Shown here: piece after piece, positions 12,960-26,488 of the stretch | Position numbering within the stretch: position 1 is the first letter of the stretch | Layout of the letters: the number at the start of each line of letters is the position of its first letter | Assembly: GCA_964270895.1 (NCBI GenBank) | Contig: OZ185440.1 | Source of the DNA: Podarcis filfolensis | Lineage: Eukaryota | Strand: one strand, 5' to 3' | Length of the DNA: 64,000 nucleotides | Made by a program: the position numbers and the translations under genes | Notes under the pieces: generated by a model | What the model saw: the letters and a program-made list of their open reading frames with translations, nothing else | Database searches by the model: none | Told to the model about the DNA's origin: nothing

Positions 12960-13190
12960 GTATGCATGGTATTTTATAATCCCATTGATTTAATGTTTAT
13001 GCATTTTATATGGTGTCTTAACTGTTATCCCTCCCTTAAGAACCGAATTTACATTTTATAGTAGCATTTTTATGTTTTAAACAATTTTTCATGTTGTTTG
13101 GATGTTGCTTTTTATATTATTGCAGTCGGTTTGGTATGTTGTGGTCTTCTGTTTACAATATATAAGGCGGGGTACAAAAACTGAAATAAA
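12960..13190 (+). mobile_element. L2-like LINE 3' UTR remnant
   Basis: T/G-rich run ending ...ggcggggtacaaaaactgaaataaa, a typical squamate L2 3' end. Confidence 0.55.
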
Positions 13191-13215
13191 GCAACTGGAT
13201 ATTTGAGGCTGTTTA

Positions 13216-13359
<144 letters not shown>

Positions 13360-13454
13360 TCACCAATGTTTTACTATAGAGAAGAACAGCTGTTATTGGG
13401 CATTCCACTTAATAAACCAGAGGTGCAAGGCTCATTTCGGAAGTCAGCCCCTTT

Positions 13455-13920
13455 GGGCCATAGCTCAGTGGCAGAACTATTTCGCATGAGGAAGGTTCCA
13501 GGTTCAGTCCCCGGCATCTCCAGGTAAGGGTAGGAATGTCCCCCATTTGAAAGAGCTGCTGCCAGTCGGTGTAGGCCAGAGGTCAGCAAGGTTTATCTTG
13601 CCTGGGCCGGATCGGTCCTGCGGAGATCCCTTCGTGGGCTGGATCGCTTATGTAAGCACACACACCTGTGATTTTCGGCGTCTACATCTGGGCAGGTGTG
13701 ATTTTCGGTGTCTGTGCATGCAGACACGTGATTTTTGGCACTGTGGAAGCGAGTCCCTGCGCCGCGCTGTGCCAGTTTAGCACAGTGTGCATGTGGGCGG
13801 CTCGTGGGACGGTCAAACAACCTCTGCGGGCCACTTCCGGCCCATGGGCCTTAGGTTGCTGACCCCTGGTGTAGACAATACTGAGCTAGATGGAGCAACG
13901 TATAAGACAGCTTCCTGTGC
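13455..13920 (+). mobile_element. tRNA-derived SINE (Squam3-like) interrupted by a hAT element
   Basis: A box TAGCTCAGTGG (13461-13471) and B box GGTTCAGTCCC (13501-13511). The body ...gctgctgccagtcggtgtag|acaatactgagctagatgga... resumes after the insertion. Confidence 0.75.
13577..13868. mobile_element. hAT (Charlie-type) non-autonomous element nested in the SINE
   Basis: TIRs CAGAGGTCAGCAAG / CAGGGGTCAGCAAC; TSD GTGTAGGC / GTGTAGAC (7 of 8 match); internal 30-bp-period repeats. Confidence 0.85.
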
Positions 13921-14926
13921 TTTTTAAGAGCATGCTTACCTTACTCAAGCATCAGCTAGGAATGGATGAGCTGGAAGTCATCAGATTCCAACTTTTTAGA
14001 CAAAGGGGCCTTGAGAGCAAGGCCAGGTCCCAAAGGTCCAATGCAACTTGATCTGTGTGCTGAAAGGGGCTCTTTGGATTTGGTTTCCCTAAATAAAAGC
14101 CCCTCATGCTGCATGACAACACACTTTTAAAATGGGAGAAGAGTCCCAAAAGTAGCTTGCCTGGCAGATTGGTTGTTTATATAATAATATAGTAACAACC
14201 AACCAGAACCTTACTAGGCATGTCCAGTATCTTGAATCCAAGCCAATACTGCTTGCATAACAACAATTAAAAATACACTAAAAAACCCAACAATTTCCCG
14301 TGTGTTCAAAAATTTTATCCTCCCCCTCAGCTAACAGACTGGTCACTGAAATGACACATACAATAAAGCCAATTAAAAACTGTTAAAAAACAAATCCATT
14401 TAATAGATGCTGTAATAAAAATCTAGCCAACAGTTAAGAACCACTATTTTAAAAGAACATGCATCAGTTAAGAAAGTACCATCTTAAAGAGGAATTAGGG
14501 ATGCTATAAATCTATTAATTTGGTTTCAAATCCCATGACTCCAAAGGAACCTTCAGTTCATGCGACCAGTTCTGTCTGCACACAGATCATCCTCACTCCT
14601 GTTATTACATCATTCAATCCCTACAAGCGTTCCCAGAGCACACACAGGAAAAGAGGGTCGACAGTGGCTCCCAGACATTTCATAGCTGTGGAGAAGAGTG
14701 AGTTTTCAACATGAGTAGTTTATCAATCAAGCCACATCAACTGAAATTCTCTCTTGTACACAGCTATTAAAGGTGTCAGAGCCCTGTTCTCTTTTGCATA
14801 TGTCCACTCTAATAGAATACAATGTGAGAGTGTAAAACATATTCATTCCTAGTCATGGTTCACCCATAATTTACATAAACCGAAGCAAATGAATCAAGCA
14901 GAAGGCCTTCCACATGTAGAATCCTA

Positions 14927-15082
<156 letters not shown>

Positions 15083-15613
15083 CTAATGAAGACAGTAAAA
15101 TAATAATAATAGTGGCGACAGATTGTTACCTTGTTGATACAAATGGCTGGAAGAAAAAATCAAAAGCGTACTCCACATAAACTCTGAGAGTAAGATCAAG
15201 TTTTAAACACATTGACAATACAATCCAGGATTCCAAGAGAGAGAAGGTGGCAAGTGAAAAGCACCTCGGAACCTGTCCTAGCTGGACTGTCCCTTCCCAC
15301 CTCCAGGCCCCCAGCTGTCCTGTGGGAAGGACTGAGCATCTCTATAAACTTTGATATTGTGGTTTTTAAAATGTGCATTTTGATGTTACTTGCATAACGT
15401 GAGTGGGATGTTTATGCTCAGTTTAACACCATGTTCACCTGGCGCTCTCCAGATATTATGCAGGAAGATTGCCACTATAGAGCTTTGCTCAAAAAATAAA
15501 TACAAATTACCACCCTCTAGCTTATAATTATTCTATAAGTAGCATACAGTCCTGAACAAGTTCCCCTTACAACTCCAGAACATAGCAATTAATTCATCCT
15601 AGATTTCAATATA

Positions 15614-15947
15614 CCGTATTTTTTGCTCTATAAAACACACTTTTCCCCTCCTAAAAAGTAAGGGGAAATGTGTGTGTCTTATGGAACAAATGCAGGCAGG
15701 AGGCTCTGCTCAGTGCCCCCTTTAAAGAGCCGCACACACGCTCTGCGCGCTCTTTAAAGGGAGTGCGGCTCTTGGGGGAGCCTGCATCCCGCTGCCTGGG
15801 AGAGGCTGTGCGTGGCTATCCCATAAGCCAGGACAGCAAGAGGCTGTACTGGCTTCTGGGATTCAGAATATTTTTATTCTTGTTTTCCTCCTCCAAAAAC
15901 TAGGTGCGTCTTGTGGTCTGGTGCGTCTTATAGAGCGAAAAATACGG
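15614..15947. mobile_element. Tc1/mariner (Tc2/pogo-type) MITE in PGM1 intron 5
   Basis: TIRs CCGTATTTTTTGCTCTATAAAACAC / CCGTATTTTTCGCTCTATAAGACGC, TA on both sides. Confidence 0.9.
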
Positions 15948-15984
15948 TAAGTTCTGCCAATGATAGGTCTAGTCCAATTCTTCA

Positions 15985-16299
<315 letters not shown>

Positions 16300-16935
16300 T
16301 CAAAAGTTTATTGTATTCTTTTAAAGATTTTGCTATAAAATGAATGTGGTTAAGGAATGGTTGACTGCTCATACACGTTAAAGAGGTATTGATACGCTTC
16401 ACACAAGTGTTTCAACAACATTTAATATGCACAAAATTGTTTGGGTACATGAAGTTCAAGAGCAGCACTGGACCGAGACATTTTGCTGCCTGAAGCAAGA
16501 TGGCGCTCTCCCCTTCTACAAACAGAGGCCAACCAAACTAGAATTTTCCTTGAACACTAGCAATGGAACAGCTTCTTTCATTGCACCTGACAGCAGCAGG
16601 CTAACTCGGAGGGTGCAAGGCAGACAGCATATCACACACAACTCCATTCACTCTGTGACCCTCAACACCTGTCTCAGTCTGCCTAATGGTAGTGGCAGCC
16701 CTGTTCAGGAGAACTTCACCTCAAGCTCATGGAACAAAGAAGAGGAAGGTGGAAAACTTGACAGTATTGTAACACAAGGCCTCTTTTAAATGGCTTCCTC
16801 AAGCTAGTGATGGTGCTTGGAAAAAAACAGTCTCTCTTCCTCTCCTTATCAAAATATGAAATATATCTTCAAGCAGTTTTAGAGTAGAACATTTGTACTT
16901 TTTCAGTGGAAGTGTCCCTATGTAATCTTTCTTAC

Positions 16936-17061
16936 CTCCGTGCATAGCATCTATCCGAATCTTTAGATGGTTTTGACCTGAGAGTAGTTCTTTCAGTGCA
17001 CTAAAATCAAAAATATTCCTCAGCATGTTAGCATAAGCTTCTACTGAGTCCACAATTTCAA
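16936..17061 (-). CDS. PGM1: PGM1 exon 4 ([20 protein letters not shown]...IRIDAMHG)
   Basis: atttttcAG acceptor, G|GTAAGA donor, 126 nt. Confidence 0.98.
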
Positions 17062-17781
17062 CTGAAAAATAAAACAGAACAACCCACAATTATTTGAAGA
17101 ACCTGATGATATGAAAGATACTACTAATTCAATACAAGTAGATACTTTCATGATCATTCGGCACCAGTAACAGGGGAAACGCCCAAGAGATGTGCTTACT
17201 GTATACAAATATGGAACATCTCCACTTTGAGGGAAGAGTACAAAAGATGTGCAACTTCAGGAAACAATCCTCATCTTTCCAAACTTGTCTGTGCTAATAT
17301 AACCCCAATGGAAAATAGTGTTTGATATTTACAACTTGGTCCTTTGTGAAACTGCCCAACATTTTTATGTACAAACCCACTAGCACAATGCCCCATGGCA
17401 ATATTTCACAATTACCAAATTGTAAAAGTGGGATATGGACGCAAGAGGCAAACTTTGATAGATCAATTGGTAGTTCAAAATGGAATTAAACAAGTTAGCA
17501 TTTTACAAAACCAAAAACATACATGTATGTGTCTTTGTTGCCTGGGCTGATTACATGTCCTCTCATTCAGGAGAATATGGGCTGGATCCAGAGTTTAGTC
17601 ATGATTATTTGTAAGTCTACTCTAAGCAAGGAAATGAGGTAAGTCAAGCATGTCTGAACCCAGTCCAATTAATGCTTCCTTTTGAGGCTTTCAAGGTTGA
17701 AACAATACTACAATATTTAAATTGCTAGCTATTGCAAGTGAGAACCTTCATTAATAAGGGGAGAAAATGGATTTTACTTGC

Positions 17782-17928
17782 CTGTAAATGGTTTAAACTT
17801 ATTCTCCAAGTCAAACTGCTGCTTTCCAATGGTACTGAGGTCTACATTTAGATCTGGACATATAGCATACTCTTCAATAGTCTTGCTAATTTGGAAAATT
17901 TTATCAGTAATTCCTTCAGGAGCAGGCC
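17782..17928 (-). CDS. PGM1: PGM1 exon 3 ([27 protein letters not shown]...KFKPFT)
   Basis: ttttctccctAG acceptor; 147 nt; ends at a GC donor (CAG|GCAAGT), which is required to keep frame with exon 4. Confidence 0.96.
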
Positions 17929-18700
17929 CTAGGGAGAAAACAGATTTTTATGGCAAACCACAAAAGATATGCTCAGATATGCTCTCAGAGTCAGAGATAG
18001 AAGAGTGCGCCTCTGGAGATAATGATAAAAGGAGGTAGATTTAATATATGTGCTCAGAACATAAACACAAAACTGTTTGCATAATTCCCAGCACATCAGT
18101 GGTAAAAGAAAGCTACAACGTCCTATGATACAAAAGGTGTGTATGTATGTGCGTGTGTGTGTACACACACACACACACAAAGAGAGAGTTTTATATTTAA
18201 ATGGACAAGTCACTCCTGTCTTCATATGAAATGAGTATGTATTGGCAGTGTAGATCATAGAAGAAACAACACCTTAAATGGAGTTATATTATCATTGTTT
18301 TTCTTTAAGGAAAACCTTGTTTGCTTTTTAACCCAAGCAAGATACATCTGGGTAAGAAAGTAGTAAATGCAGCATTATCTTAAAACAAGGGTAGCCAATG
18401 TGGTACCAATGATTACAATTCCCATCATTCCTAACTATTATCCATGCTTGCAGGGACTGATGGGAGTTGTAGTCCAACAAGCTCTGGAGGGCATGCATTG
18501 CTGTGGCACTGCTGAAACTAAGTGTAACATTCTAACTACACTGCTCAATTTCTGCAATTCCTTCCTGGTTTCCCCTTCAAACTCCCTCCCTCTCCCTTTT
18601 CCTCAACTTCTGCTCTACCCTGAAGCAGCTCCCCCCCCCAATGGATTTAACAATAGTCAAGAGGGAAGCGATCACAGGTGATGAGTGGGATTGGCGGTCA

Positions 18701-18913
<213 letters not shown>

Positions 18914-19829
18914 TTAGAGACATACGGCTTGTGAGCATTAAAAAAAAAAAGTTGCTATGCATCAGAGTAGCAAACGTAGTGCCCTGCAAAAGTAGGACTA
19001 TGGTTCCCATCATTGATGGGAGATGGAATCCAACAACATCTGCAGAGCGTCATGATGGCTAACTCTATATGAGCAAATCCTTTCAAAGATTCTTAGAAAT
19101 ACTGTGCTGCATTTTTTTTAAGGCAGTTTTCCATGCACTAAGTGGAGTGCAGCAAGTTTGTTTTGAGCTCTAATATTCCACCATAACTTTTTAAAGATAG
19201 GTTTTATTTATATGCAAGTTAAGATTATAAAAAAATAAATACTTACAAATAATCAAAAAGAAAAAGAAAAAATTCTCCATAACTTATGACTTTGTTCTTA
19301 CTTAACTCATATATATTTGTAGGGTCACATTCTATTTGAAATGCCAAAAGACTTCTGATCACTTCTAGGTAGCCTCCATTGCATTACTGCACGTATTTAG
19401 AGCTTATCCACACCTCCTCTTGTCCTGGTACTTTCCCTGGGGAAGGAGACTGCTCTTTAGCACTCAGTTGAGCAAACAACAACTGGGTTTTCTGCAGATT
19501 GCAGTTTGTTCCTATTTAGAGCTAAAGAATGCATTTTCGCTGGGAAAGGAGCGGCCAAGGGGAAAAGCACTTGAGGTGGTGCGTTCAAGGCAAGCAGCAG
19601 TGTGGACAAGCACTGAGCGTATCTTGGGTAGTTCTATGCTGCTTATAGAAAGTGAAATTACAATTTAGCAGTTCTCACTGTACTTCTTTCCTATTAAATA
19701 TTCTCCAACAGAAACTTTACTGTACCTGTTTTTCTTTTGCAACCAGTGGCTTTTCCCTTATAAAGTAAACTATACAGCTAAGTTTTGGTTTTCACTAATA
19801 TATACTTTCCGTTCATGTCGCTCAAGCCA

Positions 19830-19960
19830 ACAAGTCACCTCAGTTGGTTAGAGTGTGGTGATGATAATGCCAAAGTCATGTGTTTGATCCCTGTATGGGT
19901 ACATATTCCTTGGACTAGATAATCCATAGGGTCTCTTTCCAACTCTATGAGTCTATGAAC
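19830..19960 (+). mobile_element. CR1-tailed tRNA-derived SINE (P.s.1/SINE-like), decayed
   Basis: ctcagttggttagag head, gtttgatccc B-box-like motif, ttccaactctatgagtctatga tail. Confidence 0.7.
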
Positions 19961-21688
19961 TTATCACAGTAATTCAGGATGGTTCATCAAGTTGTCTTTC
20001 ACTACCAATGAAGCCAAAGAGCCATTGTACTTTCTTCCACTAAATATTAATAAAATATGAGTTTGATCCAATCTTGCTCTTCCACAGACAGAACTCCAAC
20101 TAGTTACGGGAAGCACTGCAATCCAGTGAGGGTCTCCACTGGAGGGATGCAAGTCATGTTCATAGATTCCCCTTATGCAACCCCGCCCACAGTTCAGGAG
20201 GATCACCCGACTCTATAGCAGATTTTCAGGAGAGAAAGGAAGAATTCATGGAAATTATACCCCCTCTACATACAAACCTTTTCTCCAGCGGAAAGGTTTT
20301 GTGCATGGAACTTGTTCCCTGCAAGTCTTTATTCAACCCTTTGTACGTTCGCAAACATCTGCCACCTTATCAAGACCTTGGCCCATCTGAAATATTTGAC
20401 CCATTTTCTCCCTGCCTCTGTATGTAAAAGAAGAAAGAGAAGGCATCTGCACCAGCCATGGGGACTTATAATGCTGGCTCCAGAGAACATCTGCCACAGA
20501 TTCTTACCCAAGCATCCTAGGTCAGAGTCAGAAATCCTGAAGAGTGGAAGCATGTTATCTACCCAAGATTGTCCAACGGTTTAGCAAGAATTATGCATGT
20601 AAAAGCATGGAACGAAAACTATGAATCTCATAAGGAGGAATCAGTCAGGAGGGCATGGGAGCAAGTGACAATAGTCATGTTAATAATAGCATTAAAGAAG
20701 CAGGGGGATTATAAAGAAAGACTGAAGAAATGGAGGTCAGTTGTGTAATATATAAGCAAGGAATTTTGAACAGCTGGGGATGGGGCAGATCAACTGCATA
20801 TGGAATGGTGTAAGTGTAATACTTTAGCCTCCTCTAAAAGTTATGTTATTTAATATTTGTTAATTCTTTATATTCTATTTAAGACATCTGTATATGACTT
20901 ATTTTAAATAATTGGAATCAATAGGAAATGCACTGGTAACATGAAAATAAATGCTGCTATATATAAATATATTGTAAGAATGAATTGTTTTAAATATTGT
21001 TCACACAGAAAGGGGGCTAAAGACTCAGCAGCTTTTACTGATGTCATGCACGTTTGAGGCAACCTTTTGGATCACGCCCCAATTCTGCTGTTAATGACCT
21101 ATCGTTAACATACCTAGGGAATACCATGAACATGCCATCAATAGTAGTTACGGTAGCTATTTCGAACTATGTCACTAGCCTGGTTTAAGGATTAGGTACT
21201 AACTCTGACCCCTTTTCAAAACTAACAGGATCATTTTTTATCTTTTAACACAGAACAATGCAACTGATCTCATCAATAAACACACTTCCTCAAGTCTGGC
21301 AACATTCTGATGTTTTCTACCTGCTTTTAAGATAAATAGGGCTGGTACTTTTCTCCCCACTTAGTTATTCTGGTGCTTTCCTATTAAGAGTGAAGAAGAG
21401 CTTTGTGTCTCTCTTCTGACTCCTTGGGGTGAGAGCTATGTGAACTTCGACTTAGCTGGCCATATTCAGGAGCAGTAAGTATACTGATAGCTTGTTGTGA
21501 CTCTTGTGTAAGTTCATAGGAACTTGCTCAATTAGGATGCGACTGAGAGGGAGGGAGAACGGGAGAGGGCGGAAATTGGTGTAAGTTACAACTCAAACAT
21601 TAGACATGCACATTTCAATCTCATTTCCTGCAGCTATCCAAACAGCTCATTTGTACATCCCAAAGGTAAAGAATATCCCTTAGCAGAA

Positions 21689-21877
21689 NNNNNNNNNNNN
21701 NNNNNNNNNNNNNNNNNNNNNNNNNNNNNNNNNNNNNNNNNNNNNNNNNNNNNNNNNNNNNNNNNNNNNNNNNNNNNNNNNNNNNNNNNNNNNNNNNNNN
21801 NNNNNNNNNNNNNNNNNNNNNNNNNNNNNNNNNNNNNNNNNNNNNNNNNNNNNNNNNNNNNNNNNNNNNNNNNNNNN
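21689..21877. other. Assembly gap, 189 N, in PGM1 intron 1
   Basis: Run of N; the ORFs predicted across it are artefacts. Confidence 0.99.
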
Positions 21878-23199
21878 ACATTATAGCATTTTCTAAGCTC
21901 CAAGAAGGAGGGTTCATCATGTACTACACAAGAGTTCTCTGTATACCAAGGAAAAATGTTTAAGCAAAACATATTTCATCTGCTGCATTTCCTAAAGTGG
22001 AAAATAAATTGATTATTTGAAATACCAATTCAAAATAGATCCATTTATATAACCTGGATGGATTCTGTCATTTAAAATTGCATTGTGTTACCTATGTTCT
22101 TAATCAAATTCATGTCAGAGTACATCTCCATTTTTCTTTTCACATGGCTGGCTCTTGGGCCCTTAAATAGTAAAGATCAGATTCCCCAGTGAAGCTAGTT
22201 GCTGTCTGTAGTACCATTTTCTTCTTTAGAACATCTATATGACAGGAAGGAAACCGGAACGACACATCAGCAGTCTAAATGTGGCTTCTACGGCCCTGTA
22301 AACCATCCTATAATTACAAGTCCAATTATAGATATCACTGCCTAGGCATGCCAAGTCAGGGAGCTACTAACATATTAACTTCCCTTAATTAAATTAAATC
22401 ATCATGTAAAAAATGGAAAATACATTACTTAACTGACCAACCATTTACAGTAGTGTAGTCCCATCGGAACCAGTGAAAAATAACCAGCATAAAAGGTAAT
22501 GAATCACTTCTCAAGTATTTGTGGTCTTATTTGGAAATCCTTTGGATTCATCATTCCTAAAGAGGTAATTGTACCTGCCTCTATCACCTACCACTGCTCA
22601 CACCTAAGATGTGATATGTTCATCTCATAAGAAGTTTATATTAGCAGATGTCCTTGGAAGCATATTTCATTTAACCCCTACAATTACTGATGAATGAAGG
22701 CCATAAATATATTACCAGATGTTGAAAAACATTTCACAGAAGTAAAAACATTTAATAAAATTGTATTTAATGTATGACACTCACAAATAAATAATGTGAG
22801 GTGATCCTGGTCTTAAATTCCATGCCCTAAAACACTGCTAAATTAAGAACTTTCTAGAACTAAAGCCACAAGTGTAGCAGCTGTGTACTAAATTACTTGC
22901 ACAAAATAACCAGTTTCAACAGACTTTAAACAAGTGTGCTATAAACTACGGTAAATTGCAGTCTAGTTATCATTTGGATTAAAAAGTCCTGTTTTTTGGT
23001 TTCTTTGTTTAGTTATAGTCGTAATTTTTGGCAGGGCTCTTTCAGCCAGAATCTCAGATGGGCACCATTGCTATTATAAGAGAACAAGGGAGGTGTTCCC
23101 GGTGAGTTCTGGCACTTCTAAAACAGCACTGATTTTTGGTGAGATGGAAAAGTAACCCTTAAAAAAAAAGTATCATGTTTTTTCAGTTGGAAGATACCG

Positions 23200-23322
23200 T
23201 ATATAGGATTTTAGCCAATACTAGTCCGACTCAGAGGAGGCCATTGGAGTTTGTATACATGTCTAACTTAGGTTTATTACTTTCAATGGGTCTACTCTGA
23301 GTAGAACCTAGTTGGATACAAC
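23200..23322. mobile_element. Palindromic MITE (GG..TTGTA/TCCAA-type ends); related copy at 38648-38764
   Basis: Ends ggattttagccaa / ttggatacaaccc, with internal inverted actcagag...ctctgagt. Confidence 0.55.
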
Positions 23323-24774
23323 CCTGCAGAAGTCAACATAACACTCTTCCAGTTGCAAGCATTTCAGTTCACCTGATGAAATGACCCCCCCCCTCCTTCT
23401 CCTACATGCTGTTCTGGTGGTTCTCCAGACCAGCTGATAATCGGGGCTGACTAGGGGTCCCATTGCACTAGTGGGCCTTGTTGCCCTGGCTCCTGCCAGC
23501 GCACCTACTTAATTGAATTCAGTCTATAATGGCCAGTGTGTGTAGGTCAAGATAATTGGATCTGGGCTACTTTACTGACAGATTTGGAAGCTGAGCTCAA
23601 GAAAGTTAACACCTCTAGTAGCCAATACCCTGAAAGAAAGACTAATAGTAAGCAGAAAGGGGCCCAAATGAACAAATGAGCAGAGCAGCGGCAAAAGTGT
23701 AGAAGAAATGGCATGACAGTGATGGAGTAGAGGGCGGAGGGGGAGAGCTCTTCAATCTTTAAGAATAAATCCCACAAGTACAAGGCATTCTAAAATTTGT
23801 TGAGAATTGGTGCCAAAGACAACTGTAGCACAACAGAGCAGAAAGGCCAAGTGTGGTTAAGTGAGGGAGGGGACTTGTTTGTATCATCCAATGGCTACTG
23901 CACCATCTTTGTCCAGCAAGCATAGGGTGCTTATCCCCAATCAGCTGCACAGAAGCACGGGATGTGGTGAAATAAACTGTACAAATTGCTGCATCAGCAC
24001 GGGACAGTCAAGGGCTCTGGAATTCTCCACTAAACAAATTCCTGCCGTGGTAAACAGAATTAAGTACTGCTTCACACGTGAGTTTCCTACAGTCCTATGG
24101 TCACTTTAAGGCTTGCTACAGAAGGTCTTAGATGACTGACATGCTCCCACGCTGAATAGCTTCATGTTACAATTTTACAGTAACTCGTTTCTGTTCCATT
24201 TATTCTCTTGACCTATTTGGCCTTTGTAAATCAGTGCAGACTTGAGTGCACTTTAGTTCACTGGGTTAGATCTTTGCCATGCTAGAAGTAGAACTCGGTA
24301 ATTCCCATTTATTTCAATGGAGCTACTGAAAGCATGGCTAAATCTTGATCCAGTCCATTGACTTTAACATGATTAAAACACACACACAAGCTGTTCACTG
24401 TGAACACATCCTATGCCCCTTTTAAAATGTGTTATTTGGTTGTTGTTTTTATTTTGATTATGTATTTTGTGGTTTTATATTCTGATTTTATTCTGTACAC
24501 TGCTCTAAGACCTTTGGGTATAGGGTGGTATATAAATTCAATGACATTAATGAAATGAAATAAATGCTCACAGTCTGTGGGTCTAAATTGTGAGAAGGAA
24601 ACAACACACTTTCATCACTTATTTACTTTCCTAAACATTTTGAGCTTCAAAGATGGGAGAGAGAGGGACAGCTGGAATTATTGAGTTTCTAACCATGGTT
24701 CCTCCATACTGCTGAAAACTTTCAGAGAGCCTGTTCCCTGCCCACCAACCTCTTTTGAAGCATAGCAATCCTAA

Positions 24775-25310
24775 GGAGAGCCAGCTGGATCAGAACCATG
24801 GCCCATCCTGTTCTCACACACTGGCCAACCAAATGCCTATAGGAAGCCCACAAGCATTGCATCATGGAAGCTTTTGACCTGCTCAGATGTTGCCTTTAAG
24901 AACCACCCTTGGTAATAAATTGCCCTAATCTAAGGTATCATTTGGACAACAATGTAAAGTTCATTTCCCTGATTTTGAGCAGATACCTCCAAAATATTTT
25001 ATTTGGGTTATCCCTTCACACGTCACATTGTTATACAGTACAGCATTCACTGCCACAAGACACAGTGATTGGTGCCAATCTAGACGGCTTCAAAAAAAGG
25101 GATTAGACACATTCATGAAGGATAAGACTATCAATGGCTACCAGGAATGATTGATGTATATTGCCTCCAGGATCATGCCTCTGAATACCAGTTGCTAGGA
25201 AATGACAGCAGGAGAGGACTATTCCTCTTGTTCTGTTTGCAGGCTTCCCAGAGGAATCTGGTTGGCCATTGTGAGAAGAGAATGTTGGACTAGATACACC
25301 TTTGGAATGA
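24775..25310. mobile_element. Two old CR1-family 3' ends in opposite orientation (24775-24900 minus, 25050-25310 plus)
   Basis: ggcttcaaaaaaagggattagacacattcatg...ttggccattgtgag...tggactagat on plus, and its complement ctggatcag...ctgttctcac...ggccaacc. Similar tails at 4200-4270, 7150-7320 and 34021-34260. Confidence 0.6.
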
Positions 25311-26488
25311 TCTTTCTACTCAGCCCCCCCCCCCCAAGTTTACATGTGGTTTAATAACCAGTTGCAATTGCCTGATCCTGAGAACTCTGAAGCCAAAACT
25401 GTCTGCATTAAAATGCAGCATTATATGAGAAGCACCTACACCCTCTTATGCCTTGGGAGGGGGCACAGAAGCCTGAGGCTCCCTGGGGCTTGTTCTCAGC
25501 ATGCTAAACTATGCTTGTGCATGATATCCAAACACAACCATTGTCTTCTACATGCCCTTATGAATTACTTGATATCAAATTCTGGTGAAAAACTATTAAT
25601 TTTAAAATTGATTTAACCACCAATGCCAGTTTTCAGACATTCGTGTATGGAAAACCTCCATTGGCTAGAATGCATATTGATTTCTCTTTTGCGTTAACAA
25701 TATTCACGTGTACACACCAGAGGTTCAAATGCAATTTTAACATTATCCTTCCAAACTTACCAATCAAATCAAACGAATGATTTAACTGCCCTACACCAAA
25801 TCAGTGTTTGAAACTCCCATTGTTCTAGGCGCATTTTGTGATAGGGAATTTCATTAGTGCGAGCTGTTTCTGAGCTCTGGGCACAGTACTGCACTTAAGA
25901 TTTCAGATTAAAACTGCAGAGTGGAAGGAAAGGAGGACCTTTTTCTGCCTCTCCACTTCTAGCTACTCTGTGAAGATTGGAGAAGAGACCCTCTTAAGAA
26001 TATTAGGGGGGTGGGCAGAGGAAGGAGTAGACCATGTGAAAGGTGAACATAATATTTTAGCTGCAGTTCATTCATTTTCAGCTTTGTATTCTTGTTTTTA
26101 AAAAAGCACGCCTAGAGATTCCGTTGTTGCGCCCATAACCCAGGTTTAAGGTGCCATTTAGCTCCTAGCTTTCATATCTCAGTTTCTAACACTGTACCAA
26201 ATGACAGAAATAATTCTTAACATAAGGGTTTAACTAGAATGGAGGCTGACTCTGCATCACTCTAACTTATCCAACACCATGGTTTTACAGCAATTCTCAT
26301 AACACAGCTATTTATATTCATTGAGAAACTGAAAACATGCTTTGTCGATTCATCTACTGAGTAGCTCAGATGGAGAATGACAGAGCTTTGGCTACTCTAA
26401 GAAGAGCAGAGGAGGGGGATGATGACACAAAATCCTTCTCTCAAGCAATCATACACTTCTTACTATACTATACCGCAATATTTGCACA

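Noticed and set aside
13455-13530. tRNA-like sequences here and at 19.8, 40.4 and 53.0 kb as tRNA genes
   Set aside because: No complete cloverleaf or acceptor stem; they continue into SINE bodies and LINE-derived tails.
21621-21972. ORFs of about 100 aa spanning 21.6-22.0 kb
   Set aside because: Artefacts of the 189-N gap.
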